This document shows positions 16,882 to 27,175 of a DNA stretch of 64,000 nucleotides, piece after piece. The notes under the pieces were generated by a model. That model was not told the origin of the DNA and did not search any database. It saw only the letters and a list, made by a program, of their open reading frames with translations. The position numbers were made by a program, and so were the translations under genes. Numbering within the stretch: position 1 is the stretch's first letter; each line of letters begins with the position of its first letter. The DNA is taken from the sequence record OQ411014.1. The stretch is one strand, 5' to 3'. The DNA comes from Escherichia phage EJP2.

Positions 16882-19581
16882 ATGACTAAAAGAATTTATG
16901 GAGGCTTAGACGTTACTCATAACGTAACAGTTCAGGGCAAAAGGACAGTACAAGGTATCAATAATCAAGTATTCGATGCGAATGGTGATATGAAGATTAA
17001 TACCTATACTCAACAGGAATTACTCGATATTGTTAGCTTAATGCCAATATCACACTACGGTACTCACAACTACTTACCTGCTGGTGTTAGTGGGGACTTT
17101 AATGGTGCAGCGGAGAACCCAGCACAACGTAGAAACAAAATCCTACTGGAGAACGATGGTACACTAGTAATGCTACGTGCTGGTACAAACGGCAGTGTAG
17201 AAGGTTTATTCTATGCTTACCTACCAAATGCACTATCAGTTACTGATTTAGGTAGAGGTGTAAACACTGGTCGTCAGTACAAGCCAGGTTATTTTGGTAG
17301 TACTAAAACTGCTTTCGGTTTGTATAATACAGATGAGAACATTCTTCTAGGAAGATATTCTGATTCGTCAAATGGCAGTACTGGATGGTTTATTTCCATT
17401 ACTAACGGAACACTAGATGACACACAACATAATGGTTTCTTCTTGAATGCTTATACTGATATTGCCCCTCAAGGTGGTGTTGAATATGCAATGATGGCAG
17501 AAGATGGTTCAATTTACGTATTCAGTGTAGATACAAGTAATAACGAATTTAATATTGCAGTTGTTAGAGTTACTTTCAATTTGACGAATAAAACTTACAC
17601 AGCGTCAAGAATCACTGGTTGGACAACCAAGACGTTCTATAATACTACATATTCAGCAGATACTAATATTGTAGTGACGAAGAAAGTAAACTCAACTAAT
17701 ATCGCTGATAAGCCATATATGTACGTTCCGAATGGACTACTTGGTTTAGGTGTATACATGACGTCAATTGACTTGTGTGTAGCACAACAGCCAGGTACAC
17801 AGAACTTCCGCTTTAGAGTTAATGGTGATGCGTGGGCTACTATGGCAACGTATAATACCAGACCACAGCACAGTTATAGTTTCAACTTCAATATGAGTAC
17901 TAAACAATGTACGCTGGATGCAGGGAATGACATTGGTTCAAACGCAGCACCATTTATTGTTACTAATACAGGTTCACAATTAATTGCTTCTGGTAACGTA
18001 ATCAACCAAGATGATTTATATAATCACGGTGGGTGGAGAAACATTTATAGTTCTTACTATTACTTGGATATTGGTACAGTATTCTGTACTACGAGTCCTA
18101 ACTTGTCAGAACCATTGGGGATTGAAAAAGCAACATACCCAGCACAAAGTGTTTACAGTATGCTTAACGTAAGAGCAGTCAATGCATCAGCATTCAATAA
18201 AGGGAATCTTGGTCCTTCGTTCGGTTCAGCAGTTGGTTCTTACATTAACGGCGTAGAATTACTACCAGGTAACAGTACTAAACAATTCTCTCGTTCTTCT
18301 GGTACTGGTGCATTTAGACCATCATATGCAGTACATGCTGCTTCACCTACCTTTACGTTTAAATCTCTTTCAAGAGGTACAATGAAAGGTTATGAGCCTA
18401 CTGCTGAACGTGATTTCATTACAGATAATATAAACAACCGTATTTTCATTAGTACTGTATCTGGTTCGAATGTTACGACAAATGGTGGGATTTTCATGGT
18501 TGGTCAACGTTATTCACAGTCTTTGTCATTTGACAAACATGGTGTTGGTACTGGAACAATCTCGGTCACTGATTCAGTACTGGTAAATTTCAGAAATTCT
18601 GAATATGCAAAAGTACCTGCTTCATGGAATCTTTCTACAGCAGCAACTAAAGATATGACACTATTTGTTCCACAACAAACTGATATTCCTGCTTTTGTAA
18701 TGTTAAGTACTGTTACTACTGGAAATAAAAACTATATTAAGATTGTGGAAGTGAACGTTAATACCAGAAGTGGTAATATTACTTCAATTAGTTTTAAGCG
18801 TAATGTAATTGAAAACGTTTATGGTGATAGTTTTACACCAAATGGTGCTGGTGGTTTTGCTTCATCTTCTGTAGGTTTAACAATATATGATGGCGGTTCG
18901 TTCTACTTTATTGGTGGTTCAGATCCTTTATCTCACCCAACAATTGGCAATACGAATACACATCAATTCAGAGCTATTGTTACTAAAAGTACTGCACAAT
19001 TTGACAGCTTTATTATTTCAGGTTCACATGCTAGTTATGAACAGGGTATTCAACCTGCTGCTCTTCCTGGTATTGGCTTTGGGTATTTCCAAGCAATTGA
19101 CTACTCAAACAAAATGACATTCCAGAAATGTGGTACTACTGTTGCTGAATATAATGCATGGACAGCAATTGGTGATCCAATTAACGTAGTTTCACAAGAC
19201 GTTGCACAAGGATTTGTTGTTTACTTCAACGAAGAAACACCAGTAATGCTCAGTGGTAAGTCATTTACGATGCCAGTTCAAAGTGTTGATTTGAAAACTA
19301 TTAAAGCTAACCCAGCGAATACGACATTCCACATTTATGTGAGAATGAACCAAGGTAATGCAGAATATCATATAACTACTGAAGTTATTTCCGAAACTGG
19401 TAGTACTGCATATAACGTATTCTGGATTGGTACTGTTACTACGGATGCTATCCAAATCTCGACTATTAATGTATTCAAGCGTTCTCGTTTGGATGTATTT
19501 GGTGCATCACTTGAACCAACCGGATCATCATTCCCAGTGAGTTATGGTCTACCATCAGGCAACGGAACAATTAACTGGTAA
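16882..19581 (+). CDS. putative tail fibre / receptor-binding protein (paralog A)
   Basis: 899 aa, S/T/G/N-rich; N-terminal similarity to 20188 ORF; shared C-terminal motif ending GTINW. Confidence 0.5.
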   Translation: MTKRIYGGLDVTHNVTVQGKRTVQGINNQVFDANGDMKINTYTQQELLDIVSLMPISHYGTHNYLPAGVSGDFNGAAENPAQRRNKILLENDGTLVMLRAGTNGSVEGLFYAYLPNALSVTDLGRGVNTGRQYKPGYFGSTKTAFGLYNTDENILLGRYSDSSNGSTGWFISITNGTLDDTQHNGFFLNAYTDIAPQGGVEYAMMAEDGSIYVFSVDTSNNEFNIAVVRVTFNLTNKTYTASRITGWTTKTFYNTTYSADTNIVVTKKVNSTNIADKPYMYVPNGLLGLGVYMTSIDLCVAQQPGTQNFRFRVNGDAWATMATYNTRPQHSYSFNFNMSTKQCTLDAGNDIGSNAAPFIVTNTGSQLIASGNVINQDDLYNHGGWRNIYSSYYYLDIGTVFCTTSPNLSEPLGIEKATYPAQSVYSMLNVRAVNASAFNKGNLGPSFGSAVGSYINGVELLPGNSTKQFSRSSGTGAFRPSYAVHAASPTFTFKSLSRGTMKGYEPTAERDFITDNINNRIFISTVSGSNVTTNGGIFMVGQRYSQSLSFDKHGVGTGTISVTDSVLVNFRNSEYAKVPASWNLSTAATKDMTLFVPQQTDIPAFVMLSTVTTGNKNYIKIVEVNVNTRSGNITSISFKRNVIENVYGDSFTPNGAGGFASSSVGLTIYDGGSFYFIGGSDPLSHPTIGNTNTHQFRAIVTKSTAQFDSFIISGSHASYEQGIQPAALPGIGFGYFQAIDYSNKMTFQKCGTTVAEYNAWTAIGDPINVVSQDVAQGFVVYFNEETPVMLSGKSFTMPVQSVDLKTIKANPANTTFHIYVRMNQGNAEYHITTEVISETGSTAYNVFWIGTVTTDAIQISTINVFKRSRLDVFGASLEPTGSSFPVSYGLPSGNGTINW

Positions 19582-19590
19582 GGAGAAATT

Positions 19591-20178
19591 ATGCCATTAC
19601 AATACAGAACGGACGTGAACGCAGCAGGACAAATTAAAGTACAGAATAAAACAACTGGTGTTTCTATTACATCAGGTAACGGTCAAGTATATTCTACAAC
19701 ATCTGCGGGGGCGATTACGTTCCCAGTACTGACAACTGATGATGTGGATTATATTACACTTGAATTACCACTCTCTCAGTTCGGAGAATTGTATGAGAAT
19801 ACTAGTCTTAATATTACAAGTACTGGTTTAGTACTGAAGTTTAATAGAATAATTCCACTCTTCATGAGTGGGATTTACTACGATGTTCCAGTTCAGAACA
19901 TCACAGCACAAGCTGCAACGTCAGGTACAGCAACATATTATGTGTATGTTAAACTAGAACTTGGTGCACCAAAATATTTCATCTCCAGAACAGAAGGTGT
20001 TGAGAACGAAATAACCATGTTCATAGGTACTATCACAGTAAGTACTACCACAATAACAGCAATCAATATTAACAAAGTTTCCAGATTCGGTACATACAGA
20101 CCGAGTACTACACAGAAAGGTTCTTCTTTCCCTGTCAGTACTGGACACCCTTCACAAACTGGTTCAATTAACTGGTAA
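19591..20178 (+). CDS. fibre-associated protein sharing the C-terminal motif
   Basis: 195 aa ending RPSTTQKGSSFPVSTGHPSQTGSINW, paralogous to C-termini of flanking ORFs. Confidence 0.45.
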   Translation: MPLQYRTDVNAAGQIKVQNKTTGVSITSGNGQVYSTTSAGAITFPVLTTDDVDYITLELPLSQFGELYENTSLNITSTGLVLKFNRIIPLFMSGIYYDVPVQNITAQAATSGTATYYVYVKLELGAPKYFISRTEGVENEITMFIGTITVSTTTITAININKVSRFGTYRPSTTQKGSSFPVSTGHPSQTGSINW

Positions 20179-20187
20179 GGAAATAAC

Positions 20188-22941
20188 ATGTCATCTAAAA
20201 GAGTAATAGGTTCAGTTGAGTTTTTAAGTAACTTAGCTGTAAATGGGAAATACGCAATGCGTTCCTTTAATGGTGTCAATCCAGATGCCAATACTGGTAT
20301 AATCACTTATCCATTTTATACCAGAGAAGAAGTTCAGAAGATTCTCGATATACTCCCTGTTTCACGTATAGGTGAAATGGACTATCTACCACCGAACGTA
20401 AGTGGTTCCTTTAGTGGAGCTACTTCATTCTCGAATGATCGCAGAGTTCAGCCATGTATTATTGAAGATGATGGTACAGCCGTAATTATTCGCCCTGGTA
20501 CGAATGGTAGTCAGTTTGATTTTTATTATGCTTACATCCGTAACGTCAGAAATATCCCAACTCTAACACAAAGTGATATTGTTCAGACGAATACCAGATA
20601 TCACCCATCATATCTTACTAGTACTCAAAAGATTGAACAATTTTACGGTACTGATGGATATGATCTTCTTTGGTACAGAGTTTCTGACTCAGTTAATAGT
20701 TCAAACTATTTTGCAATTACATTAACTAACGGTTCCTTTAACGTAGTAGGTCACCAACATGCTCTTATTCCACAAACATCTATGCCTAATTTCACACCAG
20801 CATATGCTCATATCGTGAATGGTTCAGTATACATGTGGGGCTATGACAGTACTTTAGGTTCAGGTAGAGCATTGAAGTTATACACTATCCCAACTAGTTC
20901 GTTGCGTTCTGGTGTTACTACTGGTTTAACTGCTGTCACTGGATTTAATGGAAAAACTATCAACGGTAATGCTTATACAGCAGCCAGTACTGCTAGGATT
21001 TATGATACATATGCAAGTACTACCAGTACTGCTGATTGCTTAATTCAATACACGTCTAACATGTATTCTCCTGAATATCACGACTACGCCATCTCCAATG
21101 CAATGGCGGCTGGTAATGCTGATAATACACAGATTCGTTTCACTATGTTCCCTACATATCGTTACGGTTCTGCGTATGGTTTTAGTGGTATATTCATGTA
21201 CGCAATTAGTTTAGTCTATAATATCAGTACTAAAACATTTACGTACGATACTACATCTTTAGGTAAAATTGTGGTGAATGCTACACTAAATGGTTCTACA
21301 ATGACCTATACAGAAACTGCTAACCCATATTTGGTTGATGCAACTTCATGGCGTGGTTTTGGTGCAAGTCTAGGTAACTGTGGAACAATCTGTCAAGCAG
21401 GTGATGGTTTCATGGTGAGTACTCGCTCTCGTTGGGCAAGTTCTGCTCCTTACGGTGTCAGTACTTCTAAGATTAATAACTTTACTTCTCAATTCGATTC
21501 TATTAAAATGACTGGTAGAAGTGTTACTGCAAATACTCAACTATTTGCTAACCCAATCTACGGTTCTGCAATTGGTGAGAACTTGATGGGTCCACGTCTG
21601 TTAAGTAAAACTCGTATGATTCTTGCATGTTCAGGTACATACGATGGTGTATCCAACGCAAGCTATGACAATACTGTAGTTGCGGACTTCGGTACTGATT
21701 CGAACTTCTCATACAAGTCAATGACTCAAGGTACACTTACTGGGTATGCACCACAAACGTATCGTAAATTCGCTAATAATGACAACTTCAGACTATCAGA
21801 ATTAGTAACACTAATGGACAGTACTGGTAATGTTCAAGCAAGTAGTACTGCATTCATCGAGAACGTTAAGTACACTGGTGGGATTGGTATTAACCCTGAT
21901 ACACTTGAATACACTGGCAGTACTGTTAATATGTCCAATGCAGTTATCCAATCACTTAAACAAGGTATTGCAACTTCTGCTGGTATTCCATTGAATACAA
22001 GTTTGCTTACAGTGTATTACATTCCTGATACATCATATTGCAATCACCAAGCAGTACTAATGGTTCGTAATCCTGATAACACTGGCGTTGTAGTACTAGC
22101 TGAAATGAATTTAACTACAAGTACTTCTGGAAGTACAATTACTGTTACTGGTGGTTCTGTAATAAGAACTTTCGTTCAGAACAGACCAAATATTACTTCA
22201 GTAAATGGTGGGAACTACGCTCGTAACGTTGGTGTTTGTGCTGGTAAATTCAGTGGTTTTAATTACCTTAGTGTTCACTCAGCGAATAACTTTGGTGTTC
22301 CTGGTGATGCAAGGTCTTATTCGTTCTTTGCAAAAGTTAAGGGTGGTGCTATAGTATCACAGAGAATCGATGAGTCCTATTATTCACAGACATATGGCAG
22401 GACTGGTGGTTTCCTACCAGGGAAAGGTTTCGGTTATTATGATAACTCAGTGAGTGATTACCAGACCAAATCCGTGTTCCAACTCTTCGGTACTACTGAA
22501 GCACAGATGGATGCACTAATTGCTGGTACTGGAACATCAACACCTGTTGTTGTTATGTCTCAAGAAGTTCCTGAAGGTTTTAGTGTTTACTTTACACAAG
22601 AACTACCAGTATTCTTAGGTGGTATGTACGATAAGCTACCAATCCAGACAGTTGATTTGAGAACTATCAAAGCTGATCCATCCAATACTACTTTCTATAT
22701 CTACGTATCAATGGATAGAAGTAAAGGTGAAGCATCATACGTTATCAGTACTGCACTCTTGGATGAAACTCTAACCAGAGCATTCATTGGTACTATTGTG
22801 ACTATTGATGCAGGTATTGACCGGATTGATGCAGAGAAGGTAACACGCTTCTTGACTTACAGACCAAGTACTTACAAGAGGGGTTCTGCAATCCCTGCGA
22901 GTACTGGTGTTCCATCTGGGACTGGTTCACGCTGGCATTAA
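20188..22941 (+). CDS. putative tail fibre / receptor-binding protein (paralog B)
   Basis: 917 aa; N-terminal region YTREEVQKILDILPVSRIGEMDYLPPNVSGSFSGA parallels the 16882 ORF; C-terminus RPSTYKRGSAIPASTGVPSGTGSRWH. Confidence 0.5.
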   Translation: MSSKRVIGSVEFLSNLAVNGKYAMRSFNGVNPDANTGIITYPFYTREEVQKILDILPVSRIGEMDYLPPNVSGSFSGATSFSNDRRVQPCIIEDDGTAVIIRPGTNGSQFDFYYAYIRNVRNIPTLTQSDIVQTNTRYHPSYLTSTQKIEQFYGTDGYDLLWYRVSDSVNSSNYFAITLTNGSFNVVGHQHALIPQTSMPNFTPAYAHIVNGSVYMWGYDSTLGSGRALKLYTIPTSSLRSGVTTGLTAVTGFNGKTINGNAYTAASTARIYDTYASTTSTADCLIQYTSNMYSPEYHDYAISNAMAAGNADNTQIRFTMFPTYRYGSAYGFSGIFMYAISLVYNISTKTFTYDTTSLGKIVVNATLNGSTMTYTETANPYLVDATSWRGFGASLGNCGTICQAGDGFMVSTRSRWASSAPYGVSTSKINNFTSQFDSIKMTGRSVTANTQLFANPIYGSAIGENLMGPRLLSKTRMILACSGTYDGVSNASYDNTVVADFGTDSNFSYKSMTQGTLTGYAPQTYRKFANNDNFRLSELVTLMDSTGNVQASSTAFIENVKYTGGIGINPDTLEYTGSTVNMSNAVIQSLKQGIATSAGIPLNTSLLTVYYIPDTSYCNHQAVLMVRNPDNTGVVVLAEMNLTTSTSGSTITVTGGSVIRTFVQNRPNITSVNGGNYARNVGVCAGKFSGFNYLSVHSANNFGVPGDARSYSFFAKVKGGAIVSQRIDESYYSQTYGRTGGFLPGKGFGYYDNSVSDYQTKSVFQLFGTTEAQMDALIAGTGTSTPVVVMSQEVPEGFSVYFTQELPVFLGGMYDKLPIQTVDLRTIKADPSNTTFYIYVSMDRSKGEASYVISTALLDETLTRAFIGTIVTIDAGIDRIDAEKVTRFLTYRPSTYKRGSAIPASTGVPSGTGSRWH

Positions 22942-22946
22942 TTTAA

Positions 22947-22980
22947 ACTCAATTGAGGTTGTCTATTGACAGCCTCTTTT
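22947..22980 (+). terminator. hairpin aggttgtc/gacagcct followed by T7
   Basis: 8-bp stem with one G-U pair, overlaps -35 of next promoter. Confidence 0.55.
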
Positions 22981-22994
22981 TTTCTTGATATAAT
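22966..22994 (+). promoter_or_regulatory. sigma70-like promoter TTGACA-N17-TATAAT
   Basis: ttgaca 22966-22971, tataat 22989-22994 preceded by tga. Confidence 0.55.
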
Positions 22995-23021
22995 GTTTAG
23001 ACTCATGGAAGGAGGAAAATT

Positions 23022-23333
23022 ATGCAATACAGAACACCAGTACTGATCAATCGATACAAAAGTAAAGACTTTGATGTTTACATTGGTCGTGGGACAAAAT
23101 GGGGAAACCCGTTCCCAATCGATGAAGCATGTGGTCAAACTCGCCTAATCGTTATTGAAATGTACAGACACCAAATGTATGAATGGCTAGAAAATGGAAC
23201 CATCACTGTTCAGGATATTTTGGATTTATCGGGAAAAACCATTGCATGTTCTTGTGCACCAAAGGCATGTCATGGAGATATAATCATAGAGGTATTCAAT
23301 GAAATAGTGAGTATGATGAATGCAGGAACATAA
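23022..23333 (+). CDS. DUF4326-like small protein
   Basis: FDVYIGRGTKWGNPF resembles the YIGR...WGNPF signature recalled for DUF4326. Confidence 0.55.
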   Translation: MQYRTPVLINRYKSKDFDVYIGRGTKWGNPFPIDEACGQTRLIVIEMYRHQMYEWLENGTITVQDILDLSGKTIACSCAPKACHGDIIIEVFNEIVSMMNAGT

Positions 23334-23721
23334 AATATATGACATCATTAAAACTCTTAAAACTTGTAAGAGAGTAACATTATCTGAAAAAGTTTACTGC
23401 GGTTTAAATGATAAAAAGTGTATCATGTTCGATTGTATAGATGATGGTGAATCCAGCATTAGTATTGCTAGTCCTAAGAATCCTAATGGTGATTTTATCT
23501 TCTGTACAGTTACTGATGAACTTGAATTTGTACTCGTCAAGAGTGATGGTGCACAATCTGAAATCTTAGACTTGAGTACTGAAGATAGATTCTTTCAACG
23601 AAGTTTACTCTTTGACTTATCATTAACCTATGATGAGTATCAATCAGTACTTCATAATTTCAACAAATTTTATAACGGACTAATCAGTACTGTTATAATC
23701 TATTCAACCGAGGTCATATAA
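23320..23721 (+). CDS. hypothetical protein
   Basis: 133-aa ORF overlapping neighbours by a few nt. Confidence 0.45.
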   Translation: MQEHKIYDIIKTLKTCKRVTLSEKVYCGLNDKKCIMFDCIDDGESSISIASPKNPNGDFIFCTVTDELEFVLVKSDGAQSEILDLSTEDRFFQRSLLFDLSLTYDEYQSVLHNFNKFYNGLISTVIIYSTEVI

Positions 23722-24968
23722 TGTCAAAAAATATGCTCGAAAATATCATCGTAAAACACTACGCTGGTAGTATCGCTTATGGTACAAATACTCCCTTATC
23801 AGATGTTGATTTCCGTGGAATCTTTATGGCTCCAAAGGAATTCATCTTGTCTCCGTTCGTAAACGTAGGGGAAGCATCTGATTCAAAAGAAGAAGATACT
23901 AAATTCTACGAACTCAATAAGTTCATGAAACTAAATGTCGATGCGAACCCGAATATCCTCGAAACACTATGGGTCGATGATGAACACATCGTTGAAAGTA
24001 CTGAAATGTACCAACATCTTCGCAAGCACAGAAGTGAACTACTAAGTAATAAGATTGCATTTACTTATACTGGATTCGCATATAACCAAGTTCACCGCAT
24101 GAGCAACCATAATGGCTGGATGGATAAAGAGAGAATTGCTGAACGCAGACTCAATGAAATCATCGAAAAACATCCTTGTATTGAAGTGAAAGAGTGGATG
24201 TACGAATATTTCCCTCATTATGTCATTGACCGGATTGACTTCTCTAATGTAAAAGGTTATAGTGATGATGTTGATTTGGACTTGGATAAGTTCTTGCGTG
24301 ATAGTTCTCTGCAACTGATCAGTACTAAATCCTTAGCACAGCATCACTTCGTGCGTTTAGTACATAATTACTTACCACAGAAAGTACTTGACCGTGATTT
24401 CAACTTAGCTCATTTCAATACGAATCATGAACTAATTCACTACGGTGATAATATCTTTGCAGTAGTTCCAACTCAGGGGAAATCGAAAGTACTTTCAGTA
24501 CATAACGATTTAGTTTGGGATTCAAAGAAAGAACGTACTCCTGAAGAACTAAAAGTACTTCCATCTTTGATTGTGAAATTCAATCGCAAAGAATATGAAG
24601 AACTGAATGATAAACGCAAGCACTATCACAAGTGGAAAGAGAACCGTAACAGTATTCGTGCTGAACTGGAGTCAAAGAATGGCTTCGATACTAAGCACGC
24701 AATGCACGTGGTTCGTTTATTACGTACAGCAAAAGAAGCACTGTTGACTGGTGTCATCAACGTCAAACGTCCTGATGCGGAAGAATTACTTGCAATCCGT
24801 AATGGTGCTTGGACATATGAAGAAATGATGAAGTACTTTGAATCTGAATCTAAATTAGTAATGAACTTAGGTAAAACATCAAAAGTACTTCCATCGTCCC
24901 CAAACCGTAAACTAGCAACTCAATTAGTACTAGACTTACGTGAGATGCATTGGAAACAAGGAAAATAA
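23721..24968 (+). CDS. Pol-beta superfamily nucleotidyltransferase (PF10127-like)
   Basis: N-terminal AGSIAYGTNTPLSDVDFRGIF matches the GS...G...SDxDxRG signature; 415 aa. Confidence 0.5.
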   Translation: MSKNMLENIIVKHYAGSIAYGTNTPLSDVDFRGIFMAPKEFILSPFVNVGEASDSKEEDTKFYELNKFMKLNVDANPNILETLWVDDEHIVESTEMYQHLRKHRSELLSNKIAFTYTGFAYNQVHRMSNHNGWMDKERIAERRLNEIIEKHPCIEVKEWMYEYFPHYVIDRIDFSNVKGYSDDVDLDLDKFLRDSSLQLISTKSLAQHHFVRLVHNYLPQKVLDRDFNLAHFNTNHELIHYGDNIFAVVPTQGKSKVLSVHNDLVWDSKKERTPEELKVLPSLIVKFNRKEYEELNDKRKHYHKWKENRNSIRAELESKNGFDTKHAMHVVRLLRTAKEALLTGVINVKRPDAEELLAIRNGAWTYEEMMKYFESESKLVMNLGKTSKVLPSSPNRKLATQLVLDLREMHWKQGK

Positions 24969-24969
24969 T

Positions 24970-25122
24970 ATGCCTGAACTACAGAAACATATTGACGCTA
25001 TCATTGAACTTTACTTCAACGAAAAAGATACAGTAAAGCGTTATGAAATTGCAGCAGAAGTACAACATGCACTAGATGAAGCACGTCAAGCTACTGTTCA
25101 TAAAATCACTAAAGGCAAATAA
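24970..25122 (+). CDS. small hypothetical protein
   Basis: 50-aa ORF from ATG 24970, upstream of a strong terminator. Confidence 0.3.
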   Translation: MPELQKHIDAIIELYFNEKDTVKRYEIAAEVQHALDEARQATVHKITKGK

Positions 25123-25129
25123 CGAAAAA

Positions 25130-25157
25130 GGCCCAGATTATTCTGGGCTTTTTTATG
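25130..25157 (+). terminator. hairpin gcccaga/tctgggc followed by T6
   Basis: perfect 7-bp stem, 4-nt loop, T-tract. Confidence 0.8.
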
Positions 25158-25198
25158 TGCTAAATATTTGTACATTCATCATCAACACGGAGGTACAT

Positions 25199-25555
25199 AT
25201 GGGTGTATTCACGAAGTACTGGAAACTTGCTTCAGTACTTATTCTGTTACTAGGCTCATTCTATTCAGGGTGGTACGTAAAGACTCTAAAGGATGGTTAT
25301 GAACAGAATATTGTTAAAGAAGTAAAACAAGAAGTACAGGGTGCATTAAAGGAAGTAAAAGAACAGAACTACCAAAACTACTTAAACACGAAAGAGTATT
25401 TGGATTCTAAACAAATCAATGTAATCAAAGAAAAGATTCCAGTTATCATTGAGAAAGAAAAAGAGATATACTTCCAGTACTGTTTAGAAGAGGAAGGAGT
25501 AGAGGCTCTACGTATTCTACGTGAGAACTCAAGAATTGCGAGAGGTATGAAATGA
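25199..25555 (+). CDS. putative i-spanin (inner-membrane spanin subunit)
   Basis: ATG 25199 with ggagg RBS; N-terminal TM helix then K/E-rich coiled-coil-like region; directly upstream of lipoprotein gene. Confidence 0.5.
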   Translation: MGVFTKYWKLASVLILLLGSFYSGWYVKTLKDGYEQNIVKEVKQEVQGALKEVKEQNYQNYLNTKEYLDSKQINVIKEKIPVIIEKEKEIYFQYCLEEEGVEALRILRENSRIARGMK

Positions 25556-25875
25556 AAAAGTTAATCCTTAGTATTGTATTCGCTTGTACAGTACTTCTAT
25601 GTGGTTGTGCACCAAAAGCATTAGTAACAATGGAAGCACCTATACTGGAGACTGATTCTAAGTTCCTGGAGCGTTGTACTGCTGATACACCAGTACCGGA
25701 AAATCCTTACATTGATAAAGACGGGAAGAAGCTATACAATGGTATTTCCAGCATGGAAGCCTTTCAAAAATGGCAAACAGTATATGATGATTGTGCACTC
25801 AAACATGATGCACTAATAAATGTTATACTAGAATTGCAAAAAAATCGTACAGTACTATTGAAGAAAGAACATTGA
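25552..25875 (+). CDS. putative o-spanin (outer-membrane lipoprotein)
   Basis: signal peptide with lipobox LLCGC; 107 aa; ATGA overlap with the i-spanin candidate. Confidence 0.55.
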   Translation: MKKLILSIVFACTVLLCGCAPKALVTMEAPILETDSKFLERCTADTPVPENPYIDKDGKKLYNGISSMEAFQKWQTVYDDCALKHDALINVILELQKNRTVLLKKEH

Positions 25876-25927
25876 TGTATTATACTCAGGGGGTCCAATA
25901 TCGGATTCCCTTTTTTATGGAGCAAAT

Positions 25928-26293
25928 ATGACAACTAAAATTTTCCCTCAGAGTCTTATGAAGGATCTATCTTACGGTTACGGTACTACTAAGGTCATGG
26001 GTGATTATAATGAAAAGACTGATTCCTTCGCACCGGATATCGAATATGAAGTCTTACACAATGAACAGTGTAATACTACTCGTTGGAACAGTGTTCATGA
26101 TTTAGTTTTTCTTGACAAGAGTACTGGGAAAACGTATCATACACAGTATGAAGTTGGTCTTACCGAATCGCAGTATTTGAGTGCATTTGACTATGATAAA
26201 GAAGGTGTCGAATGTACTGAAGTACAAACGTGGGAAGAGCAAGTTACCTATACAGTGTTAAAATGGCGGGATAAAAATGATTCAAGATATTGA
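25928..26293 (+). CDS. hypothetical protein
   Basis: 121-aa ORF. Confidence 0.45.
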   Translation: MTTKIFPQSLMKDLSYGYGTTKVMGDYNEKTDSFAPDIEYEVLHNEQCNTTRWNSVHDLVFLDKSTGKTYHTQYEVGLTESQYLSAFDYDKEGVECTEVQTWEEQVTYTVLKWRDKNDSRY

Positions 26294-26666
26294 TTTTTCT
26301 AATTTGGAATACGTCAGTGCAGTCAAAAATATCAGTACTGAAGATGATATCAAATACGTTACTACTACGATTACGTTCTTGCGTAAAGAAGATAGTATTG
26401 CTCATCTAACTGGACTTGAGAAGACTTTCGCTGAACTCAAATTACAAGAAGAATCAAAGTACATCAAACTTGCTTCGGTGTACACTACGGTTGAAGATGT
26501 TATCCAGAAAGATGAGCCAATTAAGGTGATTTTTTCTGGGATAAATAAAAAGTACCGGCAGGTTACTCGTTCTGAAACGGATGAGAACATGCACATTATT
26601 CTGAATGACATTCAGTTCGTAGATATGGTTTTTGACCGTTCTGAAAATAAACATGTTTACATGTAG
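26277..26666 (+). CDS. hypothetical protein
   Basis: 129-aa ORF overlapping upstream gene. Confidence 0.45.
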   Translation: MIQDIDFSNLEYVSAVKNISTEDDIKYVTTTITFLRKEDSIAHLTGLEKTFAELKLQEESKYIKLASVYTTVEDVIQKDEPIKVIFSGINKKYRQVTRSETDENMHIILNDIQFVDMVFDRSENKHVYM

Positions 26667-26671
26667 TATTT

Positions 26672-26701
26672 TTGAGATGAATGAAAATTTTGTGATATAA
26701 T
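26672..26701 (+). promoter_or_regulatory. sigma70-like promoter TTGAGA-N18-TATAAT with TGTGA
   Basis: ttgaga 26672-26677, tgtgatataat 26691-26701; fires into an ORF-free region. Confidence 0.55.
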
Positions 26702-26704
26702 GTA

Positions 26705-27175
26705 TAGTACGGATAACACCTATGTTGAATGTCTTTGATAAACAGAACCTGATCCACTCGAAAATGTAGAGGGCAGATGAGTAGAACATTCACTACGAAG
26801 TGCAAATGAAACCCGTCAGTAATAAAGCGTAAGTGCGGTCATACAAACGAGACGTAAGACACACGCGACACGGCAAAGCGGCACTATAAAAGCGATAAGA
26901 AAACATATTCGCTCTTGATAGACTTATGAGGCATACTCACCCAGTTGAAAGGGAGTCTCTTTACGGAGAGACAGCAGTATTTGTTGCTGAATTAGCAAGT
27001 ACTGTAAGCGTGTGAGGAACACGACCGTTGTATGCAGACTGTAGTAGCTGGAAACAGGACAACCCGCCAGCGTTGCTACTTTTATTTGTACGGGAAAGAT
27101 CCGTCCAAAAAGTAGTGAATCTACAAATTCAGATTGGTAAGACTACCAGCGTCAGGATATTCCTGATTTTTTTTC
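26705..27175 (+). ncRNA. candidate structured non-coding RNA (about 470 nt), identity unknown
   Basis: no ORF of 60 aa or more on the plus strand; locally GC-richer; bounded by promoter 26672-26701 and hairpin plus T8 at 27153-27175; internal perfect hairpin gtctct/agagac. Confidence 0.3.
27153..27175 (+). terminator. hairpin cagga/tcctg followed by T8
   Basis: short stem and long T-tract at the end of the ORF-free region. Confidence 0.5.
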
